Assembly (NCBI GenBank): GCA_017935225.1
Contig: JAGBIA010000043.1
Span: 1-53,743, forward strand
Length of the DNA stretch: 53,743 bases
Direction of reading: 5' to 3'
From: Clostridia bacterium
Lineage (GTDB): Bacteria > Bacillota > Clostridia > Oscillospirales > CAG-272
In this document: positions 1 to 9,072 of the stretch, one piece after another
Position numbering within the stretch: the first letter of the stretch is position 1
Layout: each line of letters begins with the position of its first letter
Notes under the pieces: model-generated
Database searches by the model: none
What the model was told of the DNA's origin: nothing
The model's input: the letters and a program-made list of their open reading frames with translations, nothing else
Position numbers and translations under genes: made by a program

Positions 1-6
1 AAAAAT

Positions 7-723
7 ATGAAAGTCACGACTATCGAAAATGAACTTAACTCCCTCGCCTATCACGGCAGAGGAATTATAATCGGAAAAAGCGCAGACGGCAAAAAAGCCG
101 TAACTGCCTACTTTATTATGGGCAGAAGCGAGAACAGCCGTAACAGGATCTTCGTTGCAGAGGGCGACGCGATGCGTACCAAGGCGTTCGACGAATCGAA
201 GATGACCGATCCTCATCTTATCATTTACTATCCCGTTCGCGTTCTCGGCAATAAGACCATCGTGACCAACGGCGACCAGACCGATACCATCTACGACCTT
301 ATGGACAAGCAGATGACTTTCGAGCAGGCTCTGCGCACCCGTGAGTTCGAGGACGATAAGCCTAACTTCACCCCCAGAATTTCGGGTATCATCCGCCGCG
401 AGAGCGACGGAATGAACTTCGCACTATCGATACTCAAGAGTGCTGAGGGCGACGACAGCTCCTGCGAGAGATTTACGTACGCTTACTCCAACCCCATCGC
501 AGGCAGAGCAAAGTTCATCCACACCTACAATGGTGACGGCAATCCGCTTCCTTCCTTTGAGGGCGAGCCCAAGACTCTCGAGCTTCCCGACGTGGATATC
601 GACACGCTCACTGACCTTATCTGGACTAACCTCAACGAAGATAACAAGGTCTCTCTCTTCGTAAGATACATCGATATCGCTACGGGTGAGACCGAAACAA
701 GAATTGTAAATAAAAACGTCTAA
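7..723 (+). CDS. IMP cyclohydrolase (PurO-like, stand-alone)
   Basis: YHGRGI N-terminal motif, YFIMGRSENSRNR, VTNGDQTD, FTPRISG; lies directly upstream of a purH lacking its own cyclohydrolase domain. Confidence 0.85.
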   Translation: MKVTTIENELNSLAYHGRGIIIGKSADGKKAVTAYFIMGRSENSRNRIFVAEGDAMRTKAFDESKMTDPHLIIYYPVRVLGNKTIVTNGDQTDTIYDLMDKQMTFEQALRTREFEDDKPNFTPRISGIIRRESDGMNFALSILKSAEGDDSSCERFTYAYSNPIAGRAKFIHTYNGDGNPLPSFEGEPKTLELPDVDIDTLTDLIWTNLNEDNKVSLFVRYIDIATGETETRIVNKNV

Positions 724-734
724 GGAGTGCAAAA

Positions 735-1919
735 ATGAAAGAATTTGAACTTAAATACGGTTGTAACCCCAATCAGAAGCCTGCTAAGATCTATATGCAG
801 GACGGCTCCGAGCTTCCCATCGAGATCCTCTGCGGTCGCCCCGGATACATCAACTTCCTTGATGCTTTCAATAGCTGGCAGCTCGTTAAGGAGCTCAAGG
901 AAGCTCTCGGACTCCCCGCAGTAACCTCCTTTAAGCACGTAAGCCCCACGTCTGCGGCTGTCGGAATTCCGCTTTCGGATAAGCTCAAGAAGGCTTGCTT
1001 CGTTGACGATATCGAAGGACTTGACGACTCGCTCCTCGCTTGTGCTTACGCAAGAGCAAGAGGAACCGACCGTATGTGCTCGTTCGGCGACTGGGTAGCA
1101 CTCTCCGACGTTTGCGACGTTACCACCGCTCTTATGCTCAAGCGCGAGGTATCCGACGGTATCATCGCTCCCGGCTACGAGCCCGAGGCACTTGAGATAC
1201 TCAAGACCAAGAGAAAGGGCAACTACAATATCGTAAAGATCGATCCGAACTACGTTCCCGCCGCACAGGAGTGCAAGCAGGTTTACGGCATCACCTTTGA
1301 GCAGGGAAGAAACAATTTTGAGATCAACAAGGAGCTTCTTGCTAATCTCGTTACCGCAAACAAGGATATGCCCGAGAGCGCAGTTCGTGATCTCATCGTA
1401 GCTCTTATCACTCTAAAGTACACTCAGTCTAACTCCGTATGCTACGCAGTAGACGGTCAGGCTATCGGCGTTGGCGCAGGTCAGCAGTCGAGAGTTCACT
1501 GCACACGACTTGCAGGCGGCAAGGCTGACACCTGGTTCCTCCGTCAGCATGATAAAGTACTCAACCTTCCTTTCAAGGACACCCTCGGCAGACCCGACCG
1601 TGACAACGTTATCGACGGATACATCAACCAGAAAGAAGAAGACGTTTGCGCAGACGGCAATTGGCAGAAGTACTTCACCGAACAGCCAGAGCATTTCACA
1701 ATGGAAGAGCAGAGAGCATATCTCGACACTATCGATGGCGTAGCTCTCGGATCTGACGCTTTCTTCCCGTTCAGCGACAATATCGAGAGAGCAAAGAAGT
1801 CGGGCGTTAAGTATATCGCAGAACCCGGCGGATCTATCCGTGATGACCTCGTTATCGAGTGCTGCGACAGATACGGCATGGTAATGGCGTTCACGGCTAT
1901 GAGACTCTTCCACCATTGA
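735..1919 (+). CDS. purH: AICAR formyltransferase (PurH C-terminal domain only)
   Basis: LKYGCNPNQ start, SFKHVSP, SFGDWVAL, KYTQSNSV, SDAFFPF, PGGSIRD, RLFHH end; RBS aggag. Confidence 0.93.
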   Translation: MKEFELKYGCNPNQKPAKIYMQDGSELPIEILCGRPGYINFLDAFNSWQLVKELKEALGLPAVTSFKHVSPTSAAVGIPLSDKLKKACFVDDIEGLDDSLLACAYARARGTDRMCSFGDWVALSDVCDVTTALMLKREVSDGIIAPGYEPEALEILKTKRKGNYNIVKIDPNYVPAAQECKQVYGITFEQGRNNFEINKELLANLVTANKDMPESAVRDLIVALITLKYTQSNSVCYAVDGQAIGVGAGQQSRVHCTRLAGGKADTWFLRQHDKVLNLPFKDTLGRPDRDNVIDGYINQKEEDVCADGNWQKYFTEQPEHFTMEEQRAYLDTIDGVALGSDAFFPFSDNIERAKKSGVKYIAEPGGSIRDDLVIECCDRYGMVMAFTAMRLFHH

Positions 1920-1933
1920 TCATTTGACTTGAT

Positions 1934-2998
1934 ATGAAAAAGTTATTCGCACTGTCAATTTTGACAATATTATTGTTTGCGTTACTGTCTTGTGGCGAGA
2001 CCGCTATCACGGATCAGCCGACCGACGCTCTTGATGGTTCCGACAAGAAGACCGAGAAAGCCACCGAGCCACCTGTCGACAACGAGCTTATCAATTCTTC
2101 AAATATGCTGATGGCGCTCGATCAGCTTGGCGAGCGCTTGGTCATTTACGATCTCGACGCTTACGAAGACGGTAAAACGCTTGACGATCTTGAGACCTTT
2201 GATATCAAGGTAGGACACGCGGCAGGTCTTAAATACCGTGAAGATACCGTGCTTGGAAACGTTCTATTAGTCGCAGGTACTCGCACCGAAATTTATTCAT
2301 ATCCTACGGGAAAAAGATTATGGTATACCAAGACACCCGGAGCGAATCCTCATTCGATAGAGATGTTGCCGTCGGGAAATATCGTTGTCGCTTCCTCTTC
2401 GGACGGAATTCTGCGTTTCTTCAGAACGTCCGCTCTTGTAGATAAAAACAAAGACGTAGCAAAGACCTATTCCGATTATAAACTTGAAGATGCTCACGGT
2501 GTTCTGTGGGATCCCGAATATGAGCTTCTTTGGGCTCTTGGCGCTTATGAACTGAGAGCTTATAAAGTTAAGGGCGAGGGAAGCAGAGAGAGACTTGAGA
2601 AAGTTGATATGATGAGCATAAAACTTCCCGAGGGGAAATATTGGGGCCACGATCTGTCTCCCGATTACACAGATACGCGCTACCTTTATATTACCGTTGG
2701 GTCTTGCGTTATGCGTTTTGACAAGGAAGATCAGAGCTTATCCGAGGAATTCCCCAATAGTGACCTCTTAAACAGAAGCGAAGTAAAGGGCTTTTCAAAC
2801 AATCCGAGCGGAAACTTTTTTGCCACCGGTGAGACGGGCGGCGAAGGATGCGAATGGAAGGATTGGGAAAAGGCATCTTGGTGCACAAATACCATTTACT
2901 ACTACCGTGCAAACGGCGAAACACTTGAAACGATCAAGTTGATGACCGAAAAAAGTGCATTTTACAAGGCTCGTGCTTTCTGCGGACTCTATCAGTAA
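1934..2998 (+). CDS. Lipoprotein, probable beta-propeller (DUF6528-like)
   Basis: Signal peptide with lipobox LLSC; repeated His/beta motifs PHSIEMLPSG, AHGVLWD, GHDLSP. Confidence 0.6.
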   Translation: MKKLFALSILTILLFALLSCGETAITDQPTDALDGSDKKTEKATEPPVDNELINSSNMLMALDQLGERLVIYDLDAYEDGKTLDDLETFDIKVGHAAGLKYREDTVLGNVLLVAGTRTEIYSYPTGKRLWYTKTPGANPHSIEMLPSGNIVVASSSDGILRFFRTSALVDKNKDVAKTYSDYKLEDAHGVLWDPEYELLWALGAYELRAYKVKGEGSRERLEKVDMMSIKLPEGKYWGHDLSPDYTDTRYLYITVGSCVMRFDKEDQSLSEEFPNSDLLNRSEVKGFSNNPSGNFFATGETGGEGCEWKDWEKASWCTNTIYYYRANGETLETIKLMTEKSAFYKARAFCGLYQ

Positions 2999-3080
2999 TA
3001 GTTTTTGCACATAAAAGTACATATAGCCCAAACCATATACAGCCGACATCATTATGTCGGCAGAACGGAGTTTTTTACAT

Positions 3081-4352
3081 ATGAAATTGCTTGTAGTTGG
3101 CGGTGGCGGAAGAGAACACGCCATCATCAAAAAGCTCAAGGAAAATCCTTCGGTCGAGAAGATCTACGCGCTTCCAGGCAACGGAGGCATCGCCGAGGAC
3201 GCAGAGTGCGTCGCTATCGGTGCTAAGGAGATCGACAGGATCGTAGAATTTGCCGTTGAAAACAAAATAGATTATGCGGTCGTAGCTCCTGACGATCCGC
3301 TCGTACTCGGCGCGGTCGACAGACTGAACGAGGCAGGAATAGCTTGCTTCGGACCTCGCGCGAACGCGGCTATCATCGAGGGAAGCAAGATCTTTTCAAA
3401 AAATCTTATGAAGAAATACGGAATACCTACCGCAAAATACGAGGTATTCACAGAGATGGATGCCGCCCTTGATTACCTTAAGGATGCGCCTATTCCTACC
3501 GTTATTAAGGCTGACGGACTCGCGCTTGGCAAGGGTGTGGTTATCGCTATGACTCGCGAGGAGGCTTACGAGGCTGTTCGCTCGATGATGGCGGACAAGG
3601 TCTTCGGCGAAAGCGGAAGTCGCGTGGTCATCGAGGAATTTCTCACGGGTCCCGAGGTATCCGTGCTTTCATTTACCGACGGAAAGACCGTAATTCCTAT
3701 GATCTCTTCTATGGATCACAAGCGCGCGCTTGACGGAGATATGGGACTCAATACGGGAGGTATGGGAACTATTGCTCCCAACCCCTACTATACCGACGAG
3801 ATCGCAAAGAGATGTATGGAGGAGATCTTCCTTCCTACCATCAACGCGATGAATGCAGAGGGAAGAACCTTCAAGGGCTGTCTCTACTTCGGACTTATGA
3901 TCACCGAGGACGGACCTAAGGTGATCGAGTACAACTGCCGCTTCGGAGACCCGGAAACTCAGGTAGTTCTTCCTCTTCTTGACGGCGACCTGCTCACGAT
4001 CATGCAAGCTTGCACCAACGGCACTCTTGCCGACACACCCGTGAAGTTCAAAGATAGCGCGGCTTGCTGCGTTATTATGGCATCTGACGGATACCCCGGA
4101 AAGTACAGCGGCGGCTTTGAGATCACAAAGGACGCTGATATCGAGGGTGAAGTGTATATCGCGGGTGCAAAGATAGTCGACGGAAAGCTCGTTAATGCAG
4201 GCGGCAGAGTTCTCGGCGTGGTCGCTATCGGCGACACCCTCGGAGAGGCGATCGACGCGGCATACAAAAACGTAGCAAAGGTACACTTTGACAACGCATT
4301 CTACCGCAAGGACATCGGCAAACGCGCTATGGCGGTATTTAGTGACAACTGA
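3081..4352 (+). CDS. purD: Phosphoribosylamine-glycine ligase
   Basis: GGGGREHA, KADGLALGKGV, NTGGMG, EYNCRFGDPETQ; start moved to ATG 3081 behind ggag. Confidence 0.96.
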   Translation: MKLLVVGGGGREHAIIKKLKENPSVEKIYALPGNGGIAEDAECVAIGAKEIDRIVEFAVENKIDYAVVAPDDPLVLGAVDRLNEAGIACFGPRANAAIIEGSKIFSKNLMKKYGIPTAKYEVFTEMDAALDYLKDAPIPTVIKADGLALGKGVVIAMTREEAYEAVRSMMADKVFGESGSRVVIEEFLTGPEVSVLSFTDGKTVIPMISSMDHKRALDGDMGLNTGGMGTIAPNPYYTDEIAKRCMEEIFLPTINAMNAEGRTFKGCLYFGLMITEDGPKVIEYNCRFGDPETQVVLPLLDGDLLTIMQACTNGTLADTPVKFKDSAACCVIMASDGYPGKYSGGFEITKDADIEGEVYIAGAKIVDGKLVNAGGRVLGVVAIGDTLGEAIDAAYKNVAKVHFDNAFYRKDIGKRAMAVFSDN

Positions 4353-4363
4353 TCGGAGGCATT

Positions 4364-7300
4364 ATGGTTTACAGAGTATACGTAGAAAAGAAAAAAGGAC
4401 TTGAGCACGAGGCAAACAGCCTTTATCGCGAGATCACCGAGATGCTCGGCATCAACTCGCTGACAAAGGTTCGTCTCTTCAACAGATACGATGTTGAGAA
4501 TATCGAAAAGGAGCTTTTCGACTATTCGGTAAACACCGTTTTCTCCGAGCCCCAGCTCGATAACGTAAGCTATAACGTGCCCGACGATAATTGCACTATC
4601 TTCGCAGTTGAGTATCTCCCCGGTCAGTTCGATCAGAGAGCAGACTCTGCGGCGCAGTGCATTCAGCTCATCTCGCAGAAGGAGCGCCCCATCGTTCGCA
4701 CCGCAAAGGTTTACTGCCTGTACGGTAACGTAAGCGAGGGCGAGCTTGCGGCGATCAAGAAGTACGTTATCAACCCCGTTGAGAGCCGTGAGGCAACACT
4801 TGAGAAGTTCGATACGCTCGTAGCAGAGTATGAAATTCCCACCGAGGTCGATACTATCGACGGATTTATCGGATTTGGCGAGAGCGAGCTTGCAGATATG
4901 ATCACAAAGCTCGGTCTTGCGATGGACCTTGACGATATCCGCTTCTGCCGCGACTATTTCGCGAGCGAGAAGAGAGATCCCACCATCACTGAGATCAGAA
5001 TGATCGATACCTATTGGTCCGACCACTGCCGACACACCATATTCCTTACTACCGTTGACAGCGTTAAGTTTGAGGATGAGAGACTTGAGGCGGCATATAA
5101 CGATTATCTTGCAACAAGAGATGCTATCGGTAGAACCAAGCCTATAAACCTTATGGACATCGGCACTATCGCCGCAAAGTTCCTCAAGGCTGACGGCAGA
5201 CTTCAGAAGCTCGACGAGTCTGAGGAGATCAATGCCTGCACGGTTAAGATCAAGGTCAACGTCGAGAGCGAGGAGCAGGATTGGCTGCTTCTCTTCAAGA
5301 ATGAAACACACAATCACCCCACCGAGATCGAGCCCTTCGGCGGCGCGGCTACCTGCATCGGCGGTGCTATCCGTGACCCGCTTTCCGGACGTTCCTACGT
5401 TTATGCGGCTATGAGAGTTACCGGTGCGGCTGACCCCAGACGCCCCATCAGCGAGACTATTCAGGGCAAACTCCCCCAGAGAAAGATCGTCTCTACCGCA
5501 GCGGCAGGATACTCCTCCTACGGTAACCAGATCGGTCTTGCAACCGGTATCGTTGACGAGCTTTATCACGACGGATACGTTGCAAAGCGTATGGAGATAG
5601 GCGCGGTAATCGCGGCAGCTCCAGCAGAGAACGTAAGACGTGAGGTTCCCTCGGACGGTGATATTATAATCCTTCTCGGCGGCCGCACGGGTCGTGACGG
5701 ATGCGGCGGTGCTACCGGCTCGTCCAAGTCCCACACTCTCGAGTCTCTCGAGTCCTGCGGTGCAGAGGTACAGAAGGGTAACGCACCCGAGGAGAGAAAG
5801 CTTCAGCGTCTCTTCCGAAACAGCGAGGCAACGAGACTTATCAAGCGTTGCAACGACTTCGGCGCAGGCGGCGTGTCTGTAGCTATCGGCGAGCTCGCTG
5901 ACGGAATTAAGATCAACCTCAACGCAGTTCCTAAGAAATATGAGGGACTTGACGGCACCGAGCTTGCTATCAGTGAGTCTCAGGAGAGAATGGCTGTCGT
6001 TGTTGAGGCTAAGGATGTTGCACGCTTCTGCGAGCTTGCAGAGTCCGAGAACCTTGAGGCAACCGTGGTTGCCGAGGTTACCGAAGAGCCCAGACTCGTT
6101 ATGAGATGGAACGATAAGGTAATCGTCGATATCTCCCGCGAGTTCCTCAACTCGAACGGTGCAGAGAAGCATATCGACATTGTTGCAGGCAAGCCTGAGA
6201 GCTTTGCTAAGGATATCAAGGGAGATTTCGGCACGCTTATGAGCGAGCTTGCCGCAGATCTTAACGTATGCTCCAAGCGCGGTCTTGGCGAGCGTTTCGA
6301 CTCGACCATCGGCGCAGGAAGCGTTACAATGCCTTTCGGCGGAAAGAATCAGAGCACACCTACTCAGGTAATGATAAATAAGATCTCGGTCGAAAAGGCT
6401 GACACCGATACCTGTTCTTATATGTCCTGGGGCTACAACCCCTATATCTCCGAGAAGAGCCCCTACCACGGAGCATATCTTGCTGTAGTTGAGTCGGCAT
6501 CCAAGCTTATCGCAGGCGGTGCTGACTTCAAGGATACTTATCTGACCTTCCAGGAATACTTCGAGAAGCCTCGCAAGGATCCTCGCCGTTGGGGCAAGCC
6601 CTTCTCGGCACTCCTTGGTGCGTTCAAGGCTCAGAAGGAGCTCGGAATTGCCGCTATCGGCGGTAAGGACTCTATGAGCGGAAGCTTTGAGGACATCGAC
6701 GTTCCTCCCACGCTCGTCTCCTTCGCGGTAACCACAGGCAAGACCTCGACAGTCACCACTCCCGAATTCAAGGTGCCTTTCAGCAAGGTTGTATGGCTCA
6801 GACCCGAGTACGACGCAGACGGACTTCCCGTTGCATCCTCGCTTCTCGCACTCTACGATAAGGTCGCAGAGCTTACCGCAACAAAGGAAGTCCTCGCGGC
6901 TTACACTCCTACCTACGGCGGCGTAGCTGAGGCAGTAATGAAGATGTGCTTCGGTAACGGAGTCGGCTTCAAGTACGCTGACGGACTTTCGCTTGAGGAT
7001 ATCTTCGGATACTCCTACGGTTCGTTCATCCTCGAGCTTGCAGACGGCGCAGAGGCAGACGGAATTCTCCTTGGTGAGACTACCGCAAAGCAGACAATCG
7101 TTTACGGTGATGCTGTAGTCGATCTTGGAAAGCTTTACGCGGAATACGAGAGCGTTCTCGAGGGCGTATATCCCACCAACGCAGAGGAATCCAAGACAGA
7201 GATTCCCGCATTCTCCTACGACGGCGAGAAGGCTGCTCCTGCAGTTATAAAGTGCTCAAAGCCTCGCGTTCTTATTCCCGTATTCCCGGGAACGAACTGT

Positions 7301-8056
7301 GAGTACGACTCTGCAAAGGCGTTTATGCGCGCAGGAGTTGAGGCAGATATATTCGTAGTCAAGAACCTCTCGGCAGACAAGGTATCCGAGTCTGTAGAAG
7401 AGTTCGTAAAGAAGATCAAGCAGTCGCAGATCATCTTCGTGCCCGGTGGATTCTCGGGCGGCGACGAGCCCGACGGATCGGGCAAGTTCATCACCGCGTT
7501 CTTCCGCAACGGCGCGATCAAAAACGAGGTCAACGAGCTTCTCAAGAACCGCGACGGTCTTATGTGCGGTATCTGTAACGGTTTCCAGGCTATCATCAAG
7601 CTCGGTCTCGTTCCTTACGGCGAGATCATCGACACCGACGAGAATTGCCCGACGCTGACATTCAACAGCATCGGTCGTCACCAGTCGAGAATAGTTCGCA
7701 CGAGAATTGCCTCCAATAAGTCTCCTTGGCTGTCTGAGGTCAAGGTCGGCGACGTTTACTCCGTGCCGATCTCTCACGGCGAGGGAAGATTCTACGCGTC
7801 CGACGAGCTTATAGAAAAGCTTGCGGAAAACGGACAGATCGCAACCCAGTACGTTGATCTTGACGGAAAGCCTACCTCGAACATCCTCTACAACCCGAAC
7901 AACTCTTGCTTCGCGATCGAGGGAATTACCTCGCCCGACGGACACGTATTCGGTAAGATGGGACATACCGAGAGATACAACGACGGACTTTATCAGAACG
8001 TCGAGGGTAACTACGATATGAAGATCTTCGAGTCTGCAGTAAAGTATTTCAAGTAA
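4364..8056 (+). CDS. purL: Phosphoribosylformylglycinamidine synthase (large fused type)
   Basis: WSDHCRH, ETHNHPTEIEP, DFGAGG, FPGTNCE, GICNGFQ, MGHTER. Confidence 0.96.
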   Translation: MVYRVYVEKKKGLEHEANSLYREITEMLGINSLTKVRLFNRYDVENIEKELFDYSVNTVFSEPQLDNVSYNVPDDNCTIFAVEYLPGQFDQRADSAAQCIQLISQKERPIVRTAKVYCLYGNVSEGELAAIKKYVINPVESREATLEKFDTLVAEYEIPTEVDTIDGFIGFGESELADMITKLGLAMDLDDIRFCRDYFASEKRDPTITEIRMIDTYWSDHCRHTIFLTTVDSVKFEDERLEAAYNDYLATRDAIGRTKPINLMDIGTIAAKFLKADGRLQKLDESEEINACTVKIKVNVESEEQDWLLLFKNETHNHPTEIEPFGGAATCIGGAIRDPLSGRSYVYAAMRVTGAADPRRPISETIQGKLPQRKIVSTAAAGYSSYGNQIGLATGIVDELYHDGYVAKRMEIGAVIAAAPAENVRREVPSDGDIIILLGGRTGRDGCGGATGSSKSHTLESLESCGAEVQKGNAPEERKLQRLFRNSEATRLIKRCNDFGAGGVSVAIGELADGIKINLNAVPKKYEGLDGTELAISESQERMAVVVEAKDVARFCELAESENLEATVVAEVTEEPRLVMRWNDKVIVDISREFLNSNGAEKHIDIVAGKPESFAKDIKGDFGTLMSELAADLNVCSKRGLGERFDSTIGAGSVTMPFGGKNQSTPTQVMINKISVEKADTDTCSYMSWGYNPYISEKSPYHGAYLAVVESASKLIAGGADFKDTYLTFQEYFEKPRKDPRRWGKPFSALLGAFKAQKELGIAAIGGKDSMSGSFEDIDVPPTLVSFAVTTGKTSTVTTPEFKVPFSKVVWLRPEYDADGLPVASSLLALYDKVAELTATKEVLAAYTPTYGGVAEAVMKMCFGNGVGFKYADGLSLEDIFGYSYGSFILELADGAEADGILLGETTAKQTIVYGDAVVDLGKLYAEYESVLEGVYPTNAEESKTEIPAFSYDGEKAAPAVIKCSKPRVLIPVFPGTNCEYDSAKAFMRAGVEADIFVVKNLSADKVSESVEEFVKKIKQSQIIFVPGGFSGGDEPDGSGKFITAFFRNGAIKNEVNELLKNRDGLMCGICNGFQAIIKLGLVPYGEIIDTDENCPTLTFNSIGRHQSRIVRTRIASNKSPWLSEVKVGDVYSVPISHGEGRFYASDELIEKLAENGQIATQYVDLDGKPTSNILYNPNNSCFAIEGITSPDGHVFGKMGHTERYNDGLYQNVEGNYDMKIFESAVKYFK

Positions 8057-8063
8057 AAACTAT

Positions 8064-8099
8064 AAAATCACGCGGATTTTTAAAATTCGCGTGATTTTT
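8064..8099 (+). terminator. Intrinsic terminator after purL
   Basis: aaaatcacgcggatttt / aaaattcgcgtgatttt inverted repeat. Confidence 0.75.
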
Positions 8100-8111
8100 G
8101 ATTTCAAAATA

Positions 8112-8140
8112 TTGAATTAAAGATGAAACTGTGCTATAAT
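8112..8140 (+). promoter_or_regulatory. SigA-type promoter for metF-metH
   Basis: TTGAAT-17 nt-TATAAT with extended TG. Confidence 0.7.
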
Positions 8141-8174
8141 TAGTCTATGAAAACATTTTATCGGAGGAATTCTT

Positions 8175-9050
8175 ATGAAGCTTACCGAGATCTTTAATAA
8201 AGATGGGCTTTCGCTCTCGTTTGAGGTGTTTCCACCCAAGACCGATTCGAATTTTGACAGCGTCAAGCACGCTACCGAGGAGATAGCTAAGCTCTCACCC
8301 TCGTTTATGAGCGTTACATACGGTGCAGGCGGCGGAACGAGCAAATATACGCTTGAGATCGCAAAGAATATAAAAGAGGCTTACGGCGTGCCGACTCTCG
8401 CACACCTCACCTGCGTTTCTTCAACCAAAGAGACGGTTCGAGAGCGCATAGCACAGATCAAGGATGCGGGAATTGAGAATATTATGGCTCTTCGCGGTGA
8501 TCTTACCCCCGAGCTTGCGGCAAGCGACCGAAGCGGATGGGATTACAAGCACGCTATAGACCTCATACACGAGATCAAGGCAAGCGGTGCTGATTTTTGC
8601 ATCGGAGGCGCGTGCTATCCCGAGATACATCCCGAAAGCGCAAATCAAAAGGAAGATATCAAGTACCTCAAGGAAAAGGTCGACGCGGGATGCTCGTTTT
8701 TGACTACTCAGATGTTCTTTGACAACAATCTGCTCTATAACTTCCTCTATAAGATCCGCGAGGCAGGCATCACCGTTCCGATAATCCCCGGAGTTATGCC
8801 GATAACAAATGCAAACCAAGTCGACCGTGCGATCAAGCTCTCGGGTTCTTTTATGCCACAACGCTTCAAGAGTCTCGTTGACAAGTTCGGTAGATCACCC
8901 GCTGCTATGAAACAAGCGGGAATTGCCTACGCGACTGATCAGATCATAGATCTTTTTGCCAACGGCATCAAGAACGTCCACGTTTATTCGATGAATAAAC
9001 CCGACGTTGCCAAAAAGATAATTGATAATCTTTCGGATATCATTTCCTGA
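8175..9050 (+). CDS. metF: 5,10-methylenetetrahydrofolate reductase
   Basis: SFEVFPPK, SVTYGAGG, AHLTC, ALRGD, CYPEIHPE, TQMFFDN. Confidence 0.95.
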   Translation: MKLTEIFNKDGLSLSFEVFPPKTDSNFDSVKHATEEIAKLSPSFMSVTYGAGGGTSKYTLEIAKNIKEAYGVPTLAHLTCVSSTKETVRERIAQIKDAGIENIMALRGDLTPELAASDRSGWDYKHAIDLIHEIKASGADFCIGGACYPEIHPESANQKEDIKYLKEKVDAGCSFLTTQMFFDNNLLYNFLYKIREAGITVPIIPGVMPITNANQVDRAIKLSGSFMPQRFKSLVDKFGRSPAAMKQAGIAYATDQIIDLFANGIKNVHVYSMNKPDVAKKIIDNLSDIIS

Positions 9051-9072
9051 GATATTGGAGTATTGCTATAAG

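Noticed and set aside
3042-3061. Small hairpin gccgacat-catt-atgtcggc before purD
   Set aside because: No T tract and no purine or ZMP riboswitch features; at most an mRNA stability element.
4301-6469. 722-aa antisense ORF opposite purL, and similar shadow ORFs opposite purD, fba, tig, thrC, apgM and the SGNH gene
   Set aside because: They mirror well-supported genes, have no motifs or RBS, and are expected from codon bias that avoids stops on the reverse strand.
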